Below are positions 50,944-64,000 of a stretch of 64,000 bases of DNA, piece after piece. Source of the stretch: Octopus vulgaris (taxonomy: Eukaryota); NCBI GenBank assembly GCA_951406725.2, contig OX597815.1, positions 91,512,001 through 91,576,000 on the forward strand, read 5' to 3'. Numbering within the stretch: position 1 is the stretch's first letter; each line of letters begins with the position of its first letter. The notes under the pieces were generated by a model, which was not told where the DNA came from, searched no databases, and saw only the letters and a list, made by a program, of their open reading frames with translations. Position numbers and translations under genes: made by a program.

Positions 50944-53679
50944 GTTTACCCCTCTAACTTAACTACTCTTTGATTATTTCACATGGAATATTTAAACTGT
51001 TAAGAGGATATGTAAACATTTCAGTGAGTTTTTTTTTTGTTTTTTGGCTAATTTTTTTTTGTTCTTTGCCTGGAGATAAAATGCTGTTAAGAATGAAAAC
51101 TTGCCAAAAAAAAGCAAAAAATAAAAAAGGAAATAAAATATGAATGAAAAATAAAAAAGAAATAAAATGAAAATGAAATTATGAAATATAATTCCCAGCC
51201 ATTTAAAAATTCCAATCAATTTATATTTATTAAAGTTATTCTGATAAAGTGTTTCAGATTAGAAACTTTAAATAAGGAAAAAAAAAGTTTTGCTGTAACT
51301 GCTTTGATCGAATGAATTCTTCTTGCTGTTGTCATATCAGTTAGATCAGATAAATGTATATTAATAATTTTGATGCTGGTAAGTTGTGCTTACATCAAAG
51401 ATGCTAACGCATACAAAAAGGAAGTAGTTTTTTACCCCCTTTTATTTTATTTTATTTTATTTTATTTTATCTATTTATTATTTTTTTCAATACCCCTATC
51501 TCTAAATGTTCTAGCCTCTTTAAACCAAGAAGTTCTTTTGAAATTGAATATTGAGCCAACGTGGCATTACATTTTCTTTTCTTTTTTTTTTTTTGTAATT
51601 TTTGTTTGTTTGTTTGCTTGTTGTTTTATATAATAATCTAATTTATATTTAAATGGAAATTCTGAAACCTGTTTTATTTCCTGTCTTCACTGTATGCCAT
51701 CACATATTTTTCGTTTTTTGTTTTCATTTTGTTTTTTTTCCTTCCTAACACTAGTAGCTGTCTGCTACTTCTTTCTCACCTTATTCTTTTCTTACTAATA
51801 TTACTACAACAACTACTACGACTGTGTCTTCTGTCTCCTTCATCACAGTATATCTTCTGTTTCCCACCCATCCACCCAGCCCCCCTACACTATTGCATCA
51901 TTGAGACAAAGTTTCTGAATATCTTTAATAAAGTGTGGGGTTTGAGGGAAATGCAGTCTGCCTCAGTCTAACAATATTTGGAAAGATATTACTAAAACTA
52001 ATCTCTGCCAACAAAATATATTGTTTTCTTTAGACTAGGTGAGTGGAAAGTTTTTGGAAAGGGTCTGTAATGTTTGCAAGTATGAACATTATCAAGCAAT
52101 ATAAGTGAATTGAAAGTAGTTTCAACTAGCAAATGAAATTAGTCTGTGATCTATGTTCACTGTGATCTTACCACTTGCTTCACCACAACTCTCCACCTTT
52201 TCACAACATATAAACGTTTTTAGACACAATCTGTCATTTAAGTGTGTGTGTGTGTGTGTGTACATGCACACACACACAAATATGAATAAACAATCACAAG
52301 CTTATGGAATATATTTACATGAGTTGTTACATAATATTACATGATATAACTCGTATCTTTACAGCTGTTTCAATGTATCCAATGAATAGTAAATATTAAG
52401 TCTGAACATAATGGTAAATATTAAGTGTTAACATAATAAGGCAATATTTATTCAAAAGCACATAAGTGGACATGATATAAATATACAGGAATGATGATAA
52501 ATAAGTATTAATAACTTGATTCATCAATCACAGTACATCATCTTTAGAACATGCGGCAAATGCAAAGGAGGAGATAATTCCCAGAAAGGAATTGTGACAT
52601 TATGTAGGGTGGATATAAAGAAACTAAATAGAGTATGAACCGTTCAGCCTATGCCAGCATGGAAAATGGACATTAAATGATGATGATGATGATGATGAGA
52701 GACAGGCTGAAAAAGAATAAGAACATGAAAGCTATGAGTATCAGTTAGGAAGAAAGATATAAAATATAAGGGACAAGGATTAAGATTAAGAGATAAGAAG
52801 GAAAGGAATAAGGAAAGAATGAGCTATGAAAGTGCTGGAGAGGGAGAGATAGTGATGATGTGTAAAGAGATGGAGAAAGAAAGATAATGAAAGAAAAAGG
52901 GAAATGGAAGTGCCATGAGTGCTATGCTGGTCTGTGCACAAACTTTAACCTGCTACAAGGAAGAGTTATAAAGCATTTATAAGAGTTATGAATGAGAAGA
53001 GGGATGAGGTTGAGAAGTAAGTGAAATCTATCATAACAAAGATATTAAATGAAAATTTTTCAGAAAAAAAAAAACAAGGTAAAAACAAGGTTTTTGAAGA
53101 ACGGTAAGTCTAAATGAATACATTAAAAAATATCAAAAATGTATGTATGCAGTAAAGTTTACAAAAGGGTAAATGAAAGTGCTGAACCATAAAGTATAAG
53201 CCAGTCACCATATACACAAAAGAGGCGAAGTGACTGAAAAAATTGTTGGAGAATCATTAATAAATTCAAATTTCCACTTAATTATACATAATTCATAATT
53301 TCTACCAGGTTGTCTAGTTAAGTATAAAAATGAGGTACAAGGAAAAAGTTTAGAGTGGAGAGGAGAATCTAAAATTTAAAAATGAAACTAAGACTCATAG
53401 AAATCAATTTTAGCAATCACTCTGTGATAGAAAGAAAAGGCTTTATGAAATTTGTGATGGCAAGAGATGGTTACATCATTTAACATATTGAACAGAATTT
53501 CCTTCCTCTAAATATCTTGAGAGGTATTCAATATGCTTTTAGCATTGAGGTGATAAATTTAAGTTGTCAACAAAATGGCAGTTTTGTGCTTAGTGTTAGA
53601 GAAAGAACTGATATGTGCCAGGTAGCAGTACTTAAAATTGATTGAAGACTCAAAGTATATTTTGATAGTGACTGCGCAC

Positions 53680-53790
53680 TTACACCATTATAGTGCAAAT
53701 AATAACTACTCAAAGGGCATTTAGTGGTTACTCTACAGTTACATTTCTTCTTCTCATGAGTTAGGGGCAGTGATGGAATTCTATTATTAT
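53680..53790 (-). pseudogene. Penelope-like zinc-finger linker relic
   Basis: KKKCNCRVTTKCPLSSYYL resembles the CNCR-x4-CPL-x-G-x-CL motif that precedes the GIY-YIG domain. Confidence 0.55.
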
Positions 53791-54307
53791 TATAATCATT
53801 ATTATTATTGTCATTATTGTTACTGTTATTGGAATGATTGTTATAAATAAATGCACCATCAACACTGTTTAAGGATTTGAGCAGTCCAAGCACTAACCTG
53901 GTGCCTATGTATTCTTGCATAAGCATCCTCATAGCCACATTACACACATACACATACATACACATTAAAAGTGTGCGTATATGCATGCATAACTGAGTGT
54001 ATGTCTTTTTCCTTAACATGTGCATACTAATTGTAAGCAAAGAGTCACTGTTTAAGAAATGGTTTTATTTGTAATCTTCCACAAAAGTATGCCCACTCTC
54101 TTCATTGTTCAATAGACTAGGGAAATCTTTACTTTGCTTGAACACTAATAAGGGTTATGACAGGAAAAGCATCCAACCATAAAGAAATTTGCCTCAACCA
54201 TGTCTCATTGATGCAGATGGAGGAATTCCTGAAATAAGTCCAGTGGCATTTATATCTATACTGTTGATGACATGAGGTAGCCACAGACAGTGAATGTGCT
54301 TTAATCA

Positions 54308-54655
54308 GCAGGCATGGCTGTGTAGTAAGAAGCTTGCTTCCCAACCACATAGTTCTGGGTTCAGTCCCACTGGGTGGCACCTTGGGCAAGTGTCTTCTAC
54401 TTATAGCATCAGGCCAACCGAAGCCTTGTGAGTGGATTTGGTAGATGGAAACTAAAAGAAGCCTGTTGTGTGTGTGTGTGTGTGGTTGTCCCCCTCCCAT
54501 CACTTGACAACCGATGTTGGTGTGTTTACATCCCCGTAACTTAGCTGATAGAATAAGTACTAGGCTTACAAAAAATAAGTCCTGGGATCGATTCATTTGA
54601 CTAAAGGTGGTGCTCCAGCATGGCCACAGTCAAATGACTGAAACAAGTAAAAGAA
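54308..54655 (+). mobile_element. CORE-like tRNA SINE, near full length
   Basis: gcaggcatggctgtgtagtaagaagcttgc, gggttcagtccca, accttgggcaagtgtc, 3' tgactgaaacaagtaaaaga. Confidence 0.92.
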
Positions 54656-54749
54656 TACACACATATATATATATATATATAAATTGAAAGTGTGTATGTG
54701 TGTATATATATATATATTTATATATAATGAAAGTGTGTAATATTCATAC

Positions 54750-54910
54750 AATTTGAAAGGACTTAATCTCCTTCATGAGATTCATCTTCTTCAAAACCAA
54801 CCTCAATCACTTCTTCCTATGCCTTCCTCAATCCTTCACTTCTGCAGATTTCTTCGATTTGGATCACTTGGCACTTCTTTACCCAACCATCATCCTTCAT
54901 GTCTGTGCTA
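54750..54910 (-). pseudogene. RTE LINE C-terminal relic
   Basis: MKDDGWVKKCQVIQIEE...GRHRKK resembles the RTE ORF end. Confidence 0.45.
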
Positions 54911-55201
54911 GCACAGCCTTATCTCTTTAGTGTTCTTCAGATTATTCCTTTTTCACCCAAACTTTCCCTAATCTCATTCATGCGTATTAATATTGCACAT
55001 CTATCTAAACGTGCTTGGCTTGTTCCCTATATTGCTGTTTCCTATTCTAACACCACCACCCTAATAGAAAAAATGTGTGTTTAATTTTAGCAGGACTTGA
55101 ACTTGGGTCAGTGATATAAATGATGCATCTGTAGTAGAACATGCTTCCATTCTCAAGAATATATGTATTTGCAGCAAAGGCAGTATTAATACCAAAAGGT
55201 A

Positions 55202-55299
55202 ATATTTATCCCCACTTAAACATGGATGTTCTGTTGGAACAAACTGCTACAGTATAGCTAGTTCTAATAGAACAGCTGCGTTTAAGCGGAGATAAATAT
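55202..55299. repeat. 98-bp imperfect hairpin
   Basis: 39-bp arms atatttatccccacttaaac...gaac / gttc...gtttaagcggagataaatat around a 20-nt loop. Confidence 0.82.
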
Positions 55300-57189
55300 A
55301 TGCTTTCCTTCATATTTCCATCTTAGGCACAAAGTCAGTAACATTCCCTCCTCGATATATTAACTGCCACTTAATTTATAAACTTTGGCAGTGGTTAAAG
55401 TTATATTCAATAGCAGAATTTCTTCAGAGAATTGCTGTTGGGGGACTAAAACTAAGCATTGTATTGCAACATCTTGACCGGTGCTCTACCACTTCTAGCA
55501 GTTCACGGCCTTTCAGTTCTGTAAAATATATCCAATAAGGCACACAATTCAGTCTGAGTCCCTTTGATAAAACCAGAGTTAAACTGCGGCCAGATCGTAA
55601 GGAAGTGATAGTAATGCTGGTGGTGGCGACGGCGGGTGGGACATGAGAGCAACAAAGCGTAAGATCTATCTCTATGCCATTTTTCAATATTTGTTATCTA
55701 GGCATCCTGGCATACAAAGGTCATTGAATTCCACAGATATAATTGAATTTGTCATTTACAACACTGTATTCATAAATATCTGACCAGTTGACGATTTTAA
55801 TTTGCTGGACTTACAAAATTTTCACACCTCACTGGCCTTCCTAATCAACCAAATAGCTTCTCTGCCAGTTACACGAACATGCACACACACACACACGCAC
55901 ACACACTTTGTTAGCTCCCTATAGCCACCAAGAACAAGTCCAACATTCCAGTACTAATAATAACAATAAGAACATCATAGACTAAGTCAAAAACAATTAG
56001 TGAAACGTGACTATTGGTGGTGGTGGTAATAACAATAATAATAATAAAAATAATAGTAATAATAATAATAATAATGATAATAATAATAATAATATCCACT
56101 TTAACAACTGCTTCCATGAACAGTAGTTTAACAAAAGTGAAAGGGCTCAATGTCAGGTTTTATGTTGTTGTTTGGAGGAATTTGCACTACATCACCCCAC
56201 TCACCACCACCATCTCATGCCAGTATGAAAAGATGAACATTAAAATATAATGGTGATCTTGCAGAAATATTGGGGTTTTTTTTGTTTTTGCTTTCCTTTT
56301 GGTTTCTTTTTTATGTACCTTTTGTTCTGTTGTCTTAAATTTTTGATTGATTAAGAAATGTTTATCCTATTGTCGGTGTTCTTGATGCTGCAGATCTGTT
56401 GTTACTGCAGTCAGCTGTTACCAGTCAAACAAACCTATTATTAAAGGCATTCCAATGATGACCATCCTATTATATTTTCAGTTGTTTCTGGAACTACATC
56501 ATCAGATGTGTCCTTCCTTCCTTCCTTCTTATTGTAAATCAGTAGGATATGATTTGAGTGAGATTTGGCTGCTATTTCTAGCAAATTCAGCTACCATATT
56601 GTGGTTTACTCATTGGGTTGGGCACCTTCATGGCTTTGCAAGTGTTGGTTTTTAGGCTTTATTTGTTTATTTATTCATTAAGGTAAAAAGCTAGCATAAT
56701 TTTGGAACAGTAGATAGATGCCTTGTAGTAATTCTTCTGGCTCTCTACATTCTGAGTTCATATCCCATTGAGGTCATCTTTGCTTTTCATTCTTTTGAGG
56801 TTGATAAAAAAACAATCAAGTAATGGAGTCTATGGTATTAATTTACCCTCCCCTCAAAATTACTGATTGTGTAACTATCTTAGAAACCTTTTTTTTTCTT
56901 TTTGTATTAGAAGAGGAAGTTTAGCACCTATGACCCATCACTGATAGGTAAAAGGGAGCAAGATATCATCAGACGAGGACCAGGCCCAAATGCTTGCTAC
57001 AATTTGATCTATGATAAAGGCACCCAAGGGTCTAGTGGTGGTATTGAACTGGGGGACATCTTACCAACAGGCTTCAACACAATTTCCATCAACCACACAA
57101 GATGCCATGCAATGGAATCAGTGTTATCACTGTAGTTTGTGCTGTTATTGTTGATTCTCTCTGATCACATACACCTTCAGTTTCTCTCA

Positions 57190-57700
57190 TCAACATCATC
57201 ATCATTATTTTTATATCTGCTTTCCATGCTGACATGAGTTGAAGGGATCATCATGGTCTGAATCATCTTCTTTTGAACACTGTTATCTCTACAGTCATTT
57301 GGGTTGGTTTCTACAACTGGATGCTCTTCCTATCACCAACGCCTTTACAGAGTATTCTGATGCATTTTCTATGGCACTAACAATAGAGAGATTGAATAAA
57401 GGGATCTCAGAACCCTATGCGTTTGCTACTCAAAAATTGCTACAGTTACTTATTTCTCTTTGTTCTGTATGATAATATACTTGTTCCCATTCCCTGTTTA
57501 TGTACTGTATCTAATTCATCATCATCATCATCATCAACATCATATATAACATCCATTTTCCATGCTAGAATGGGGTTGGACAGTTTAATGGAGTTGGTAT
57601 GGTCAAGGGTTGCACCAGGTTCCATTGTCTGTTCTGGCATAGTTTCTACAGCTGGATGCCCTTCCTAACAGCAACCACTCCATAGAGTGTACTAAGTGCT
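57190..57700 (-). mobile_element. Two RTE-family 3' tails
   Basis: (CAT)n + ttccatgct at about 57195 and 57520; ctggatgc(t/c)cttcc in both. Confidence 0.72.
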
Positions 57701-58869
57701 TAGACACCTCCCAATTTTTGGTGGTTACATACTTCTTTTAGTTCCCTTTCATTTCAGACAATTCTATAGTTGTTGTTTAGTCCTTGATCAAATCTAATCA
57801 AGCAAACTTATGATCAAGAAGATACAACTATACCCTTACTATCTTATTTCTTCAGAAATAGGGTATCTAGAACTATTTTATTCAGTGTATCCTTTGTTTT
57901 CTCAAACTGTAGGATATGGTATAGGGAAATTTGACTGCTATTTTCAGCAGCTCGTGAAACCAGAACAAGGTTCCCTCAATAATGTTATAGTTAGGTGCTG
58001 CTGTTGTCTAGACATGTGTCAGCCCTGATCATACAAGTTCGTTATTAGGAATGATTATACCTGTTCATCATATCTTTTGAGTATAGATCAATCAGACTTT
58101 TGGTCAGTTCCAGCTTTGACCATCTCACTTTTCATAAGGGTATCAAGAAGACTGACCATATGTATCCTTTCTTTATTTATAACAATGCATTGTGATTTGT
58201 GGGGGATTTGGCTACTATTTCAATAATGTTAGTGTTGTTCTCATTACTGGTGTTAGTTGTGTTCTTTATGATGTCATCATTCATGGTGGGAACGGTGATG
58301 GTGGTGGTGGTTGTGGTGGTGGTAATGAATTTTTTGTTTTTGTTATTGTTAGTAGTCATATCATTAATGTATGTTATAAAAAAATTGGAATCAGAGAAAG
58401 AGATGGGGACACTGCTCTGTCTCAGTAAAGATTGCTGCTACAAGTAATTGAAACTTGTGTCTCTGAGAAATTTTTTGCATATATATATGTGTGTGTGTGT
58501 GTGTTGCTTTTTTTCCATGAGATTGATATCGTTTCATTGTTGAACTTTTGTTTTTAAAACTCAGTCTGGTTTGTTATGTCAATGTTTACTTGTATTTCCT
58601 GGAAGTTGATACAAGACAAAAGTAAAAAAAAAATAAAAGAGTAATTGAACAAGATGCAAATAGTCAATCACAAAAACGTCATCAACGAGGCTAAAACAAA
58701 ATAATCATAATAATAATAATAATAATGGTGGTGGTGGCAGTGGTGGTAATGGCGGAAATGGTGGCAGCAGCAGGAAACTCAGTAGCAGCAGTCACAAATC
58801 AAGCCATATAGCAAGTTATAATAGAAGTGAAAAGTTCAACAACTACAACCTGATCTGTAATGATAACAC

Positions 58870-60177
58870 TTGTTTCTAATGCTGGCACAAGGCCACAGCT
58901 TTTGAAAAGAGGTGTTAGTCAATGTAATCATCTGCAACAATTAACTGATAGTTTATGTTATTTACATTTGAAAGATGAATAGCAAAGGTGACTTTGGTGG
59001 GATTTGAACTGAGAATGTAAAGAGCTGTAATAAAACCCTAAAAGGCATTTTGCCCAACACTCTATCAAATTTTGCCAATTCACTCATAATAATTAATTAT
59101 CATCATCATTATCATTGTCATCATCGACAACATCATCATTGTTTGGTGTCCATTTTCCATGCTAGCATGGAAAATTTTGAAAAGAAGAGCTTATTCAATT
59201 ACATTGTATCCAGTACTTAAATGGTGCTTTATTTTATTGATCCCAGTGGGATGAAAGGCAAAATTGTTCTTAGAGGGATTCGACTGCAAAATGTAAAGCG
59301 CCAGAAGAAATACCGCAAGGCATTTTGTCCTGTACTCTAACAATTCTGCCAAGCTACTACCCTCATAATGATAATAATAATAATAATAAGTGAAGGCACA
59401 TCACTCAGTGGTTAGAGTGTCAAGCTTACGATCGTGAGGTTGTGAGTTCGATTCCCAGACCAGACTGCATGCTGTGTTCTTGTACAAGACACTTTATTTC
59501 ACGTTGCTCCAGTTCACTCAACTGTAGAAATGAGTTGTGACATCACTGGTGCCAAACTGTATTGGGCCTTGCCTTTCCCTTGGATAACATCGGTGGTGTG
59601 AAGAGGGGATGCTGGTATGCGTGAGCGACTGCTGGTCTTCCATAAACAACTTTGCCCAGACTTGCGCCTCAGAGGGTAACTTTCTAGGTGCAATCCCATG
59701 GCTATTCAGGACCGAATGGGATCACCCAGTAATAATGATAATTCTTTCTACTATAGCCACAAGGCTTGAAATTTTGGGAAGAGTTATAGTTGATTACATT
59801 GAACCTAGTTCTCAGCTTATTTCATCAACCTCAACTGGATGAAAGCAAATTCAACCACTGCAGAATTTGAACTCAAAACGTAAAGAAGGACGAAATGTCA
59901 CTAAGCATTTTGCCCAGTATGCTAACAATTCTGCCAGCTAACCACCTTAATAATAATGATAATGGTTTCAAATTTTGGCACAAGACCAGCAATTTCAAGG
60001 GAGAGGGATAAGCCGATTACATCAATCCCAGTGCTCAACTGGTACTTATTTTATCAACCCCAAAAGGATGAAAGGCAAAGTCGATCCAGGTGGAATTTGA
60101 ACTCAGGACATAAAGATGGATGAAATACTGCTAAGCATTTTGCCTGGTGTGCTAACAATTCTGCCAACTCACCCCCT
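58870..60177 (-). mobile_element. Cluster of four same-orientation Meta-like SINEs
   Basis: Copies at about 58870-59090, 59200-59365, 59745-59950, 59965-60177; each shows gatgaa..gcaaa, gatt(t/c)ga(a)ct, gcattttg and ctgcca motifs. Confidence 0.82.
59392..59725 (+). mobile_element. tRNA-derived CORE SINE of a different family
   Basis: A box ctcagtggttagag, B box gagttcgattccc, CORE-like tgtgttcttgtacaagacacttt...cagttcactcaactgtagaaatgagt. Confidence 0.85.
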
Positions 60178-60356
60178 TAATAATAATAATAATAATAATT
60201 ATGATAATAATAATAATAATAATAATTATGATGATAATAATAATAATAATAATAATAATGATGATGATGATAATAAGTATGATGATAATAATAATAATAA
60301 TAACAATAATTATGATAATAATAATAATAATTATTATTATTATTATTATTATTATG

Positions 60357-60391
<35 letters not shown>

Positions 60392-60420
60392 CATGATAAT
60401 AATAATAATAATGACAATGA
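60178..60420. repeat. (TAA)n/(TGA)n microsatellite
   Basis: Directly visible; explains the poly-N and poly-I ORFs. Confidence 0.97.
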
Positions 60421-62082
60421 TTGACAATAGTCTATTTTAATAGCACAAATGTGTAAATGAGGGATCATTCCTCGGATAAATTACAAAGCTGTTGGGGTTT
60501 GCATCCAATATAAGAAAACAAACAAAAAAAAATAGCAGATCTACACTGAAATGGAATAGTATTAATAACTAGGGATAATTAGTGTATTTCACAGATACCC
60601 TGACAACCAAGAACAAATGACCCATTCTAGTTGTAGTAGCAACTTAAAAACAACAACAACACTAACAATAAATCATTTGATCTAAGCTCTTCAAAGAAAT
60701 GCCTTGTTTTAATCCCATTGATTGAATGAAATGTATAAAAGGCTTCTCTTGGAGCTGGACTTTGATGGCCATGAGCTTGTTTCATCCTTTATCTTAAGGG
60801 AAGTGTTAGAGGTGCTGTTGTTTTATTTTTTGCTCTGTTTTTGTTTTGTCTTTATTTACTTATTCTGATATGGTTATCCAGGGTTGTATAGTTCTGTAAA
60901 TTTGGAATTATGATTAAATTGTAGAAGCAAATATTGTATGCATCATCAGATAGATACGAAATGTTAAATCTACATTTTTAATGAAGTAAATGAGATATGT
61001 AGTCATGCTACTTGCATTAGGATACAACATATCTTAATGCAATACTTATCTCATTTGAATTTTGCTGAGAGATAAGCAGCTTCTAATATTATATTTAAAT
61101 ACTGAGAAAGTGAGATGCCCAAAGATGCTTAGAGAGAGAGAAAATACACTTTTATATAAAACTACTTGTATTGTTGAGATATGGTTCCATCCAAGAGAAC
61201 AGCTTCTTCAAAAGTAGATATGATTTATGTATTGCAAGTCTATGAGAATTTTTTTTCTTTTTTAAGATTGTATTACATGTTGCACAACTATTCCTGCAAT
61301 CCTGTGATTTGAGTTTATTTGGCAACAGTATTTAATTGTGGGCGGAGAACCCCTTGCACCAAACCAAATATTCATCCTATACATCATTTGTTCAGTGTTC
61401 TAGTCACTGCCATTTGGTCTTTGTCATGTGTTTACTTTCTGAAGCTTTAGGTTATTGCTTGCGATTCCAATTTCAGACGTGGTAGAGTGAGAGGTGGGGG
61501 CTGGGGGGGAGTACAGAGAGAGAGAGAGAGAGATAGGAGAGGGGGGATTTGGCTTCTGCATTAAAACTGAGCAAATCAAGCAACATTGCTTGGAAACCTC
61601 CTCCCTAGTTCATTAATGGCAAGCATGGAAAACAAACACAGTTGTTTTTGTTTGTTTAGTATGTGTGTGTGTATGAGAGATTTTTCAATTGGCTAGAAAC
61701 ACCTGGAGGGATGTGTGTGGATCCACCTTAACTTGGCTTTTGTTGCAAAACGTCACTGAATATACACATCACATCACTATAAACTGCATTGTGTCACTGT
61801 TGTTGGTTGCTGCCACTGTTATATTATTGTGGCTATTGTTGCTGTAGCTATCATACTTTTACTGTTGTACTGCTGTTTTCATTCTTACTTCTCTTCCTGT
61901 TGGTACCACCCACAACAGCCAATTTAGATCTCTATCTTGTTTTAGATGATCACTTATCATAATCACAGTGATTGTCATCAGTTTCAGCCATAATAAGCAA
62001 CTCCAAGTTTATCTCTTATGTCTTCTTGCCAGACTGGAAAAAAGAACAGATGTAGTCTGTCTGTCTGTCTATCAATATATGC

Positions 62083-62120
<38 letters not shown>

Positions 62121-62786
62121 ATATCCCATTTTTCTCTTTTTCACTCCTATTTTTCTTTCTCTTTTGCATGTAATATGTATGTGTGTGTATATAAAATGTT
62201 TATAAGCATATGCGCACCAGTATGTGTGTGTGTATTATATATATATAGAGAGAGAAAGAGAGATACATACATGCATGAACACATAGACACACACACACAG
62301 TATTGCTGTCCTCTGATAAAACACGGTAAGTCAACTTATTTTCTTCTTCAGAGAATGGATTCTCAAATTCCTTGGACCTTGCCTTATACATAATTAGAGA
62401 TATGATCTTGGAAAATTTTCAACGTTTCATTATGAAGCAACCTATGACACAGAGCAAGTTGAAAAAGCTAGGACTGGATATTTTTTTTTGCAATTTTATG
62501 CAATTATCTCAGTTTCTTGTTTTTTGACTTTCTATGTTTTGTCAGAGGAAGGTGTACATGTATACGGACACAAATATGTAAACCTTGGTGTCAATGAATA
62601 TCCAGTTGCTCAATCAACTCAACTTCCTGTTCAGTAAATCACATGGTAAGTGGCTGAGTATTCCACAGGTACTTGCTCCCTTAACATAAACATCCGGCAG
62701 GAGTAGCATGACACAGTATGTAATGATGCAAGCTTCTAAAACTTTTGTTTCCTCTTTTTCACTTTGAAAGTTTGCATTGATTCAAA

Positions 62787-62853
62787 GGCAAGATGGAGTT
62801 GAACCCAGAGCCTTATAACTTAGAAGTAAACGTCTAAACCACTCAGACATACC
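62787..62853 (-). pseudogene. tRNA-like relic (SINE head or tRNA-Arg(UCU) pseudogene)
   Basis: ggtatgtctgagtggtttagacgttta-cttctaa-gttataaggctctgggttcaactcc: A/B boxes and an anticodon-loop-like CTTCTAA; stems broken. Confidence 0.5.
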
Positions 62854-63939
62854 ATCATTTTTGAGACTCAAATGTATATGTTTATATGTACACAATATGT
62901 ATATTAGTATGCCAAGATTACCAAATTTTATTAGTTTAGCAATTTCAGCAGGTGAAATGTTGTTTGAGATTTAATAACATTTAGATAAATTTGTCTATAC
63001 TCATTCTCATTCTATTGAAAACAAAATAATAAAATAAAAGATGATCAAAGTTCAGATGTAAGGAATAACAACAGTCACAGTATTTACTTATGCAGAATTA
63101 ACATGATTAGTGGCATTCAGAAATTTCATTATATCTGTGAGTAGAAGAAATTAGTAACTTAATAAGAGAATATTTGTTGTATGTGTAAAAACCAAACAGA
63201 TGAGAGGATTTCTCATTAAATAAAGGCAAGTTAAATATATTTAAATATTAGATATTGAACATACATGTCTGTGTAGATAACAGTACAAAAGATGTACTAA
63301 ACTCAGTTTAACGTTGATTATGCTTGTCTTAAAAAAAAAGTACTCACTTTGGGACATCACGACACAACTCTCAAAGTAATACTTAACTATGGATTAGGTG
63401 TGGATTTCTCTTTGCATAAGCTTCTCATTATTTATTGTCATTACTGTTCTCTATTAATCTCAGGTCAATCATAAGGGAGCGGATATACGGTCTAAGGCAT
63501 ACCAATTATGACTCTTGTTATTTTGTAATTCTACAACTGCATTATTTTTAGTGGGCCTCTCTTTTTGAAAAATGGTAGGGTGCAATTTTGAATTTAGATT
63601 TAGTTGCTATTTCTTGAAAATTGGGCAACAACATAGAGGTTGTTTCACTGGTTTGTGAGGTTGCTTCTGTGTGTGTGCGTGTGTGTTGCATGCAACATTA
63701 AATTATTGAAATTGTTGATGAAAGGCTCTGGTTAGGCTCCTATGGGAAATTGTGTAAAACTTTAACTGCTGTAAACATTGTTGTCATAGTGGAATAGGCA
63801 CAATATTCAATTTGATGTAAACATGGTTACCATATTGATAATATATTTGCTTTTTTAAACTGTTGCTATACAATAAAAAGGTCACAAGATACAAAGAAAA
63901 TACCCAAATGGTCACTTATCATTACACACACATATACCT

Positions 63940-63940
<1 letters not shown>

Positions 63941-63997
<57 letters not shown>
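63941..63997. repeat. (CT)n microsatellite
   Basis: Directly visible. Confidence 0.97.

Positions 63998-64000
<3 letters not shown>

Noticed and set aside
52700-53540. Purine-skewed stretch with a minus-strand CVYGDWLILY (YADD-like) peptide; similar faint RT hints near 15300, 42750 and 44620
   Set aside because: Too degraded to support without a frameshift-aware profile search.
55424-55687. 87-aa minus-strand ORF in a GC-richer block
   Set aside because: No recognisable motif or supporting splice structure.
60116-60440. Poly-N and poly-I ORFs
   Set aside because: Translations of (TAA)n.
60880-60895. ggttgtatagtt matches the let-7 3' half
   Set aside because: No seed half and no precursor hairpin.
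61453-61475. ttattgcttg resembles the miR-137 5' end
   Set aside because: Diverges after 10 nt and there is no star arm.

Overview
AT-rich eukaryotic, apparently non-coding DNA (intronic or intergenic) saturated with (TA)n/(TG)n/(TAA)n/(GAT)n/(CT)n microsatellites and transposable-element relics. The SINE families and microsatellite style resemble what I recall of octopus (cephalopod) genomes; this is an inference, not a database result. I found no intact host gene, rRNA, intact tRNA or CRISPR array, and nearly all supplied ORFs are microsatellite read-throughs. Recognisable content: two tRNA-derived SINE groups (Meta-domain-like and CORE-domain-like), RTE LINE 3' ends, five R4/Dong-like RLE retrotransposon fragments, two DD37D (maT) Tc1/mariner deletion derivatives, non-autonomous Helitrons, a piggyBac-type MITE and Penelope-like (GIY-YIG) relics. 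Most notable are (i) degenerate minimal hammerhead-ribozyme motifs, best seen as a mirror pair in a 165-bp fold-back at 13.8 kb, (ii) an interleaved A-B-A'-B' inverted repeat at 9.3-9.9 kb, and (iii) several long hairpins that could be dsRNA substrates. Boundaries of degenerate repeats are approximate (tens of bp) and all alignments were done by eye.
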